Positions 40,527 to 52,404 of a stretch of 64,000 bases of DNA are shown here, one piece after another. The notes below the pieces were generated by a model. It made no database searches, was not told the origin of the DNA, and worked only from the letters and a program-made list of their open reading frames with translations. The position numbers were made by a program, and so were the translations under genes. Within the stretch, counting starts at the first letter, position 1; each line of letters begins with the position of its first letter. The stretch is from the NCBI GenBank assembly GCA_951406725.2, contig OX597821.1, forward strand, positions 72,602,001 through 72,666,000, given 5' to 3'. The DNA comes from Octopus vulgaris. Taxonomy: Eukaryota.

Positions 40527-43500
40527 TGATCGAATATTCCATATGTTAACAAGTACCTCCTTGTGACAATGTAAACTTTCATTTAATCAAGATATTTTTG
40601 GCCTGAAAAGTGTCTTTCTGCATAATAAAGTGCCAATGCCTTGAGTTAGAAATGATGGATTTGTGGATTAAATGATTTGTGGATTAATGACCATCACTTC
40701 ATTGCTTAGCTGGAACTGAAACAAATATCACAAATTTAGTGATAAACTTTTCTACCAATTCCAAGGATTCTCAGAGGCAGTAAATGAATCGCAACGGAAA
40801 CAGTAATTTAAAAAATACAGTAACAACAACAACAATTTATTCAGTCAATAATAATAATAATAATACTTACAACAGCACAAAATTCCTTCAGAGGATGCTT
40901 GAGTTTGTGTTTGCCTTTAGTTTTACCGTTGAAGAAACATTGTTGGCATATATCGAATTTGAAACACTTAAGGCACCGATAGCTGCAATAATGAAATGGT
41001 AAAAAGTATAAAGAGATGAATTAAGAGAGGATAAGAAGACATTTATAGTGAGTTGGCAGAATCAACAGGAGAGACAAGACATGTGACTTTTAACAGCTCA
41101 GTCCACCTAGCCGTAAGGTGATATGAAAATAAGCAATGGCTGTTTATTTACTGAGCAGCTACTGAGCCATCAGTTGGCTTGCATTTAAATGAATTTAAAT
41201 TGTTTTAAAAAAAAAGGATAAGATGACCAAAATAGATTGATATCTTCTCTTTAAAGGAGACTAATCTGTCTTCTGTTTTAAGGAGGAGGAGGAGAAGGTG
41301 GTGGTGGTGGTGGTGGTGGTGGTGGTGATGATGATGAGGAGGAGGAAGATATTTTAAAATGAAGAATATAAGAGATTACTTACCGGAATCCAATGATTGG
41401 GAAATCTTTGCAGATGCTACATTTGACTTCATGTTTAACTGAAATAATACAGAAAGATGTCTCAACTCACTGTTTTTGTAAAACTGACATGGCACATATA
41501 GATAAAGAAGCAAAAAAAAAAAAAAAAAATTCTAAACACCAAGATTGGAGAAAACTTTATCCACAAGTTGACAGGGTAATAATATAATATACAAAAAAGT
41601 TAACACAGCAATATATATATATATATAGAACTTATTACTTATTATATATTGTTTATTCATTTTTGTACTTTTTGTGATCTAGTTATATGTTTTAAAAAAT
41701 TTATTCTATTTTTCTTTATGATTTGGTTTATGTCTATCATTGTTTGAATTACACAATAGTGGTTTTTCTCTAATTCATATTTTATATATTTATATTGTGA
41801 AATTTGATTTAATACTAAATTGAATTTTTCCCTATAAGTTTAGAGTTATACTCCCTAATACTAATATTATATATATATATATGTATGTATAACTTTGATG
41901 GGTTTCAGCCAGTATAGGCCCAGGCCATGTCTAACTTAATAGCACCGCCTGGTGAAGTCTTTTAGTCCTATATAGGACACCATGGCCCACTCTAGCAAAG
42001 AGTTATTATTGCTGGAGACATATCCAAGTGTAGGAGGTTGGTCTGGGATTTGTAGACAATAAAATTATATAAATTTGAAGATTATCTCAATCCATTAATA
42101 CCCTATTTGGGTATCAGGATTGGTTTCAAATTTTGGAAGAGGGGAGAGAGTAAGTTGATTGCAGTTGACCCCAGGGCTTAATTGGTTCTTGTTTTATTGA
42201 CCCCCAAAAAGAGTAGAGGCAAAGTCATCTCTGGCAGCATTTGAACTCATAATGTAAAGATGGGACCAAATGCCACAAAGCACTTTGTCCCGTGTGCTAA
42301 CGAGTCTGCCAGCTTGCTGCTATATGTCTGGTAAACATTAAAGAGCGGCAAGTGAAGAAATTCTTCAACTGATTTTTTTCTTTCTTACTTAAAGATTAAA
42401 AAAAAAGCTAAGATAAATGGTGACAAATAGAAATCTTACCAGATTCTGTAGTGACAATTCTGTGAAGGGTTGGTAACCAGACCAATGTTTGGGGTTCTTT
42501 GTAAAGCCAGGCATAGAACATGTCTTCAGAAATACCATATTTACAATCACTCTGAATAATAATAACAATATTGGATTCGGATTTAGGCAGGCAAAGACTG
42601 TAATTGAGAGGGGAGGGGATTAGCCAATACTATTGACCCTGGTAGGTGAGTGGTACCTTATCCCTCCACCCCCAATGGATAAAAAAAGCAAAGTTAACAG
42701 CAGCAGAATTTGAACTAAGAATACAAACAACCAGAACAAATACCACATAGCCATCTGCCAATCCATTGTCTAATAATAATAACGACATATGGTGGTGGTG
42801 GTGGTGGTTTCTTTTACTGGCCAGAAAGGCCCAAGATGCTGGGAGAGGGCAAAGGCTAAATACAAACAAGAAACAGTGGAAGATTTACACTGAGTAAAAA
42901 AGGTGAGAGATCAATGATAACAATAAAGACAAATTAATAAATACATAATAAGAATAAGATGAGGAAGCAAGTACAATCAGTCAATTCAAGGCACCCAAAT
43001 TTCCTTTCCACACCAAAGCTAAGTGGCCTCTCACAGTTTTCGCTGCTAAATTACAATGCAAAGTTTTTGTTGGCCCATTTAGTCATAGTTTTGCTATTCC
43101 TGCTTACTTTTCATAAAATTTACTGGGAGGCAACATGTCTCTCTTTCTATCTCTCTGACTTTGCCTTCTACACAAAGAAGTTGGTAAGGCCTTAACCGGA
43201 GAAGGAAAGCTGTTCTCAAAGCTTTCAAACATGCCTACCACATAACTTCTTTCCTAAATACACACAAAACAGAAGAAGAAAAGCTATTTGCCATTGATGA
43301 CCAGGTCTGCACCACATGTGATGATGATAGCTGTTTGACATAAAACCTACATGTCAACAATCTAAGAACACTGAACAAGTGTGAGACAACTTCCTCACCT
43401 TGCAAATATTTCAGACAGGTTCAGTTATTAGTAGCTCCAAATGACCATACAGATAGAATTTATTCCAAACAGGCAAATCCCTTCTCTTGTGGCACTGCCA

Positions 43501-46500
43501 ACTGTTCATAATTCTGATCTGAAAGCTTTCCAGAAAAGATGACTCAGGTTGACTTTGTCAATGCTCAGAATCATTCTCAGGCCATCATCTTTCATTCTCT
43601 CCACTTCCTACAGAATGTTAGGGGTGACATTGCACCAACAGCATTGTCCAGTTGGCAGAGTGCAGTGAGTGCCTGGTAGCATTCCAAATGCCCTGGTTTG
43701 CACTTGAAGCAGGACTGCAGCTCAGTCAAAGAGGCAGGACAAGCTAAGGGGACGCTGCATCACATGACTAGCAACTGTGTCTGTTCGTTGTTATCCCTTT
43801 CCAACAATCTTTGTGAATGTGCCAACAACAACACATGCCTACACTTCACCAAGGACAGCATCCCAAGGCCCTTCCTGGAATGGATAGGACAGTAGAGGGA
43901 TCACCTGACAATGGAATCTGTCCCTTCTACAAAAATCTGGTCAGACAAGGCATGATAGACATTAGCTGACCAGTGAAGTGACGTACACAGACATCTCTTG
44001 ATAAACGACTTTTTAACATTGCCAGTTTAAAGTAATTAGAGTTTGTGGGAAGGATGTCATCCCAATTAATTGACTGGTAATTATTATCATAAAAGGGTAA
44101 AGACCCCACTTTCGGTCATGAATGACCATCGGATTGCACCTACAAAGTTCTCCTCCGAGGCACAGGTCTGGGCTAAGTTGTTCATAGAATATCAGCAGTC
44201 GCCCATGCATACCAGTCTCCCCTCTCCATACCACTGATGTTATCCAAGATTAAAGCAAAGGGGTCGAGCTTGGCACCAGTGATGTCACAACTCATTTCTA
44301 CAGATGAGTGAACTGGAGTAATGTGAAATAAAGTTTCCTTGCTCAAGAACACAACACATTCCAGTTGGAGAATCAAACTCACTACCTCATGACTGTGAGC
44401 ATGACACTTTAACCACTGAGCTATGTGCCTTCACATGCTTCAGGGGATATTTTTTTAAAATTATTATATTGGTATGAAAAAAGGGTGAAGATGGGAGCTG
44501 ACTGTCATTTCCCTCCTGCTGCTGTTGATTAGGTCATGCTTATCGCAACTGAATTAGAAGACTTAATGACAGCAAAATAGTGAAGATGGGAGCCACCAAA
44601 TTAGGGTCTTGAAAAGGTTTGTATTTATTTTAAACTGGATGGAGAGAAATGTATAAAATAGGAATGAGAGGATGATTCAGTGACAACAGCCGTGGGCTGG
44701 AGCCCAAAGGGAAGAAATGCAAGGGATAGGTTAAAATGGTTTGAAAGGAAGAGAAACGAAAAAGAGGTGCAGCAAAGGAAATGGTAGAGAGAAGAGAAGA
44801 GTGTTATTAGGGAGGAGGAGGAAAGAAAATATCACAAGAAGGAAAAAGGCAAAGTGTGTAAAAAGAAACATACAAATTCCCAGTCGATGTATTGATGTAG
44901 GTGTATAAACGGGCATCAAAGATTTCAAAACAGAGAAGGAAATAAATAGAATTTGAAGCCATCCTTTACTGCTGCACATCATTTCCTTTCTTGCAAACCA
45001 TCCTCTTCCTTACCAGAATTGTAATTATATACCTTGGTACATGTGTACACATAGACATTCATGGATGTATTCACACATGTGGAAGCGGACTCATGGCCGT
45101 AGGATTGTAGTTTCGATTCCCAGACCAAGCGTTTATTGAGCAAAAACACCTAAAGCTCCATGAGGCTCCGGCAGTGGGCTGGTGGCAAACCCTGCTGTAC
45201 CCTTTCACAACTTTCTCTCACTCTTTCTTCCTGTTCCTCTTGTACCTGTATTTCAAAGGGGCCAGCCTTGTCACACTCTGTGTGACACTGAATCTCCCCG
45301 AGAACTACGTTATGGGTACATGTGTCTGTGGAGTGCTCAGCCATTTGCATGTTAATTCCGTTGATCGGATCAACTGGAACCCTCGTCGTCGTAACCGACG
45401 GAGTGCCGTAGTAATTCACATATGCTTGATGTATGTGTTTGTAAATAACAGAATATCAGAACATAAAAGAGTAATAAAACTGAATTCAAAGAGAAATTAT
45501 AAAAACATGAAAGCATCTTTACCATTTGAAGACAACTTTCTAAAGCAGGAGTTGAGTTTAAACCGCCATATGCCATTCCTTCATGAATTAAATCAGGAAT
45601 CTATAAGACAAATTTTAATAAAGAAACGGATTGGAATTAATTTACCATCATTAATGACGAAAAAATAGGATTTGACATTTTTTTAAAGATTTACAAACAA
45701 TTATAGAAATTTACAAGGAATCTTAGAAGATTCCAAGCTTATTTTTGAATAGAAATACTGCTAAATAATATGAAATATTGAGAGATCAGATGATGATGAT
45801 GACAATGGTGATGGTGATGATGATGATGCAGTGTAATAGAAAAGAGACATTATAAATCACTAAGGCTGACAGCTATCACAAAAAACCTCAATTCTTGCTC
45901 CTCAACTCACCCGCATGAGAGCCACAAGAAAACTGGACAGCACACTGCAGTCAATAAAGGTGCTCGGATCACTGATTTCTTCATAAAAATCTGAAAGATC
46001 AAAGAAACACAGCAATTTATTTTTTCAATTAAATTACAATTCTAATATTATTTTTTTTCTTGTTAGATTTTTTCTTTTTGATATTCCCTGCACTGAATAT
46101 ATTAAAACCAAATTTTGGTTTCTCCTTCAGATGGCATCAAAGAGTTACTTCTTCTACTCAGAACTTATCTATTGTTCTACATCAACAAGTGTACAGACTT
46201 GAATAGTGATTCTCTCATTGCTATTTTGGTAAGAATGGCGTAATGCTTGCTTCACTGAAGAGATAAGACCAACATTTCTTTATAGTTGCCTCACATACTG
46301 AGATAATCCAAAATAATATCGCTTGATGACTAACTTGGCCTTCTTCAGCTTCTGTTTTGCTGCATTAAAAAATACATTAACCCTAACTTTACAGTTACAG
46401 TGATTACGTATCATGCAAAATGTTTACAACAAATTCATTGTAGTTTATGTTAAATACAAGACACAACTAACAAACTAACAAGAGAGGCTTGTTGCCAAAA

Positions 46501-47860
46501 ATTAATTAAAAACAAAAACTTATATATTAAAGCTTCATAGGTGTGGGAGTGGCTGTGTGGTAAGTAGCTTGCTTACCAATCACATGGTTCTGGGTTCTAT
46601 CCCACTGTGTGGCACCTTGGGCAAGTGTCTTCTGCTATAGCCTCAGGCCAACCAAAGCCTTGTGAGTGGATTTAGTAGACGGAAACTGAAAGAAGCCCGT
46701 CGTATATGTGTGTGTGTGTGTATGTGTTTGTCCCCACAACATCGCTTGACAACCGATGTTGGTGTGTTTATGTTCCCGTAACTTAGTACTTCGGCAAAAG
46801 AGACCGATAGAATAAGTACTAGGCTTACGAAGAATAAGTACTGGGGGCGATTTGTTCGGGTAAAGGCGGTGCTCCAGCATGGCCACAGTCAAATGATTGA
46901 AACAAGTAAAAGAATAAAAGAAATGCTGTTGCGATGTGATTGTTCTTATTTAATAGAGAGAAATCATTCTTGAAAATATTCATGGAATTTCAATGTGGAA
47001 ACTACATTCTCTTGTAGCACATCTCCCATTACTTTCTTAGTTGTTCGTAAAGGGCTTTCCGTGTAACTCTACTGAAAAAGAAAGCTATGTGTGTGTGTGT
47101 ATGTGTGTGTGTGTGTACATACATTTGTACTTCTCGCCAAGCTGTCCACCACACATCGCTGCAAGAGCAGTTTTCACAGACAGAGCATGGACTACACCTC
47201 TTCTTTGTCTAAAAAGATAAAAAGCAAGCAAGAAGCATTATATAGCAATAAATAATTAAAAACATATCAAATACATTCTATATTTTCTTTTCGTAGACAT
47301 TTTGAATTCTTTTTTTTTTTTTTGAATGACATACATACAGCGTAGTGTAGTGTAGGGGGTGCTCTATACGAAGGTCAATGTTTCCATAGACCTTGCAAAA
47401 TATACACCTGATACGAGTGATGAGATGGTATATTCGAAATAAAGGTTAGGAGTTCAAACAGAACACAGGGATGAGCTACCTGAGAACTGTATACAATAAG
47501 ATCATTGGGGAGGGGGGGGAGATAGAGAGAGATAAGTGAGAGAGAGGGAGACAGAGAGTCAGTATGTGTTTGCACATATAAGTACAGGTGCATGTGGCTG
47601 CAGGCAAAGATGCACAGTTAAGTAGTTTGCTTTCCAGCCACATGGTCCTAAGTTCAGTCCCACAGTGTGGCACCTTGGGCAAGCTGCTTCTGCTTTAGCC
47701 CTGCTTGTGTGTGTGTGTTTGTTCTCCTTGTTCAGGCATCATATAATGGTTGTAAAAACAGGCCCAGGCTGGTAAGAGGAAGGGCATTTGACTGTAGAAA
47801 ATCTGGCTCAATGAATTCAGTCCAACTCATCCAAGCATGGAAAAAGCAGACATTAAAATG

Positions 47861-47899
<39 letters not shown>

Positions 47900-49261
47900 A
47901 AGAGATAATGGTGTCATTGAGACCCAAAGGTGTCAGGTAATGCTGAATAAGTGCTATAGACAGACCATAGTTAAGTTCCAGATTCGGAAATATTGCGAAT
48001 AAAGGGTTCAACGTTGGTTCTATGTCAGTGTGTGTATATAAGAATTTTTTGCATAATGAGATAAAAAACCAAGGCTGTATAGATATTAGAGCATTTATAG
48101 ATAGGGGAGAGAGGGGAGAGAGAGAGAGAGAGAACCTGGAAATAATCAAAGACTGAATTGATTAAAATGATTTGTAAAAGAGTGAAACGCAATAGATGAG
48201 GTCAACAGTCCAGAAATTCTGAACATCTGGCACCTCTTTTGGTATTAATTGGTAACAGTTCAAACAGACAAAGTATTAAACATTTTAAATTCTTCTAATC
48301 GTTTCTTCTGTCTCAGAGAAATACTCATACAATGGAAAGTCATCATTTGACTATAAAAAAAACAAACAAAAAGCCCTCAAAATTATTTGTAACCAAATAA
48401 ATGAAATCAAAGTGACAATCATTATTCCATTACTTACCTGTCGTATAAATTTAATATGAAATTCTGAATGAGATCGGATGAGCGTATATTTGTGGTTTTG
48501 TCTAATCTTGGATGTTGGCAGTCGGCAAAAAGGTCTCGTAGAATTTCATTGAGGTCATGGCAGTTCAGTAAGGGGTCTTCACCTTGTGGACATCCATGCT
48601 GTTTGAAGACACTACGAACTTTGTCGATAGGCACCAAGTCCACTTAGAGAAAATAATCAAAGAAAAATGGTATATTAAGAAGCAGGATAAGTTTTATATT
48701 ATACACATGGTATACGTAGGTGTATATATGTAGATTTATTGAAAGCGTAGATTGCCAAGTCAATAGTGTGTCTTGACAAACCGTCAAGAGAATGGAGTTT
48801 TGTTATCTGTCACTGGTGCCATGCTATGAATCATAGAATCTGTAAATAGTTGAGTATTATAGAATTAATAAATGTCTTTTGTTAGTTTGCAAGACTGGAT
48901 TTATTTTTTCTCATCAAAAAATTATTTGCAATAATTAAGTTGTTTTAATCCACATATTTTTCAAATTTGAACAATTGTCAAGAAGCCTGAAAAGGGGCAG
49001 GCTCTACGAGGTTGGTTTTGTCCCCAGGACACAAACTCACAGAAAAATACTTCAGTGGGGATCAGCAAATTGATTCGATCTTAGAGCATATTTAGATAAT
49101 TGATACATCTATTTTCTTAAACCCCTTAAAGGACATAAAGCAAAACCATGCCCCAGTGAGATTTGAACTTAAAGACAAGATGTTTGCAAACTTGATATCA
49201 TTACTTATTTCTAACTTATTTCACTATTGTTTATGATAGATATCCATCTTACTTACAAACC

Positions 49262-49358
<97 letters not shown>

Positions 49359-52342
49359 GAGAGAGAGAAAGACAGACAGAATGTGTGTGTGTGTGTGTAT
49401 TAGTCGTACAAGTTTTGGTGTTATTCTTTATAATTATGAAATGTTTATTTAGTTCCACAAGTTGCAAATACCTGAAGCAATAACCTGATACCAAGGTGAG
49501 AAAGAAATTTTGCCAATTTTACAAAACAACATTAAAAAAAACCCCAAGAGCTCCACATGATATTTTTTTGTGATGTAAATAACAAAACACAACAGGTACG
49601 GATTTTTTTATACACTTTCCTACCATGCAAAAGTTTCAAAGGAATAATATATACACACATGTACACACGCATGCATGAGTATATTTATATATCGTCATCG
49701 TAAATTTTTTCCAGAACTAAAATAGAGCAGAGTGGAATGGTGGCACTGTATGTGTTCTTTGCTTTCTAACAGCAACAACTACAACAACACTGGTGACAAT
49801 CTGTACTGGCTCCTCTTCTTCAACAGCTTTAGTGTCCCCAGAGTGGGTAGACTTCCATGTAAGAGAGACTTTAGTTTTCCACAAACCTTGCCCAGGCCCC
49901 TACAGGTAAGGGAAGTCTATGCTCAAGCCTGACCAATGAAGGCCATAATATTCCTAAATTTATTCTATCCCGGTGGCACGTAAAAAGCACCCACTATACT
50001 CGCGGAATGGTTGGCGTTAGGAAGGGCATCCAACTGTAGAAACTCTGCCAGATCAAGATTGGAGCCCGGTGCAGCCATCTGGTTCGCCAGCCCTCAGTCA
50101 AAACCGTCCAACCCATGCTAGCATGGAAAGCGGACGTTAAACGATGATGATGATTTCCCTCAAGCATGCAGAGGGTGGAGGGCTTCGGTGTTTCCAGTAT
50201 ATTAATGACTACAACACATTATCTAATTATGGAACTGGTTGCTGTGCAACACTTTGTACACCTGTATGTGTGAATGTGAATGTGTGGAGGCATGTGGCTT
50301 AGTGGTTAGGGTGCTGGACTCATGATTGTAAGACTGTGGTTTCAATCCCTGGACTGAGCAATGCATTGTGTTCTTGAGCAAAACACTTCATTTCTTGTTG
50401 ATGCTGCCCACTCAGCTGGTGAAGGTGAGTGATCCTGCAAAGGACTGGCATCCTATCCAGGGGGGTGGATGTATACACTACAGAATCCCAGAAAACTGGC
50501 CTTACGAGCCTATGACTTGGAAAGAACCTTTGACACAGGATGGCTATGTGGTAAGAAGCTTGCTTACCAACCACATGGTTCCGGATTCAGTCCTACTATG
50601 TGCACCTTGGGTAAGTGTCTTCTACTACAGCCTTGGGCCAACCAGAACCTTGTGAGTATATTTGGTAGATGGAAACTTAAAGAAGCCTGTCATATGTATG
50701 TGTGTGTATGTATGTATGTATGTGTTTGTCCCTCTGCTATCACTTGACAACTGATATTGGTGTGATTACATCCCCAGAACTTAGTGGCTTGGCAAAAAAG
50801 ACCAATAGAGTAAGTACTAGGCTTACAAAAAATAAGTCCTGGTGTTTATTTGCTTGACTAAAAGCTGTGCTCCAGCATGGCCATAACCAAATGACTGAAA
50901 CAAGTAAAACAATAAAAGAATCTACAACTATCTATATATACACACACATACATACATATATATATATATGTGTGTGAGGCTATAGTAGAAGATATTTGTC
51001 CACTGTGTGGCACCTTATGCAAGTGTCTTTGACCAATCACAGATCGACCAAAGCCTTGTGACTGGATTTGAAAACTGGTGATGGGGAAACATCTCCATGC
51101 TTGCAAACAAACAAGGGTTCATAGCAAGAAAAGTATCTGGACGTCACCCCCAACCCCCGCAAGCAAGTATGGATGTAAAAATGATGATGATGATGATTTG
51201 CTTTTGAGAGAAATATCTATAAAGGCATTTGACCCAAGGTTAGAGAGTTGGGGTCACAACAAAAAGGTAATGAGTTTGAGTCTTAGACCAGATTACACAT
51301 TACATCCTTGAGCAAGGCACTTCATTTCGTGTTGCTTTAGTTTATTCATCTGAAGATGTGTACCAGTCATTTGCTGGGGCAGCTCTTTCTGCTTTCATCA
51401 TTCAAATCCTCAATGTCATATTGGGTGGCAAGGCTGAGAGTCTGTCGGTGTTTGCTCATAATTCTTTTGACACTTAAAACAATTGACAAAAGTGTACCAC
51501 AAGCTACCACCAGCTCATACTCGTTTGTGAATGAGGGGTTTAGCATAATATAACTGTTTGTTTATGTATATACAGATGGATATCATCATCATTACCATCA
51601 TCATCGTTTAACGTCCGCTTTCCATGCTCGCATGGGTTGGCCGGTTCGACCGGGGTCTAGGAAGCCAGGAGGCTGCACCAAGCCCCAATCTGATCTGGCA
51701 GTGTTTCTACAGCTGGATGCCCTTCCTAACGCCAACCACTCCGTGAGTGTAGTGGGTGCTTCTTATGTGTTACCGGCACAGTGTATACATACACACACAC
51801 ATGCATACACACACACATACATACACACACACACATATATGTTCAGTACATATGGATAAGCATACATACAAGAAGACAAGAGAGAGAAAAAAATACAAGT
51901 GGATCCTCCAAAAGAAACAGTACAAGGCAAAAAACGGTGACTTTCAAGCCCCAGGAGAGTCCTAAGGGGGCCCATTAGAAATTCCTAGGCCCCTCTTTGT
52001 CTGTTTGGGGCTGATGTACTGATGGAATCTCCACTCTTCTTGGCCCTGATAACAAGCTTAAAATGCGATACACCCATTTAACCCTCTCCACCAGAAAAAA
52101 ACAAAAAACAAAAACAAATCCGTTTTGATAATGTAGTTGAAGCATTTGCTAAATAAATCTAATTAATTCAAGATGAGTGATGAAAGGCACCGTTGACTAA
52201 GATTGTAAAAGCCTGCATTAATTTCATTTCTATTTTGCTGATGAAGATAAAGCTGAGAGTGTTGTTAATGACAGAAACGTAATGTGAAATAATAAGGAAG
52301 AAATTGTCTTGGAACAGGAGAGTGGAAGTGGATGAAAAATAT

Positions 52343-52404
<62 letters not shown>

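Noticed and set aside
43399-43518. Candidate exon with ag/gtgag ends
   Set aside because: Stop codon in the required frame; exon 45523-45600 supplies the expected peptide
45174-45668. 164-aa plus-strand ORF
   Set aside because: Made of a SINE plus the antisense of a real exon
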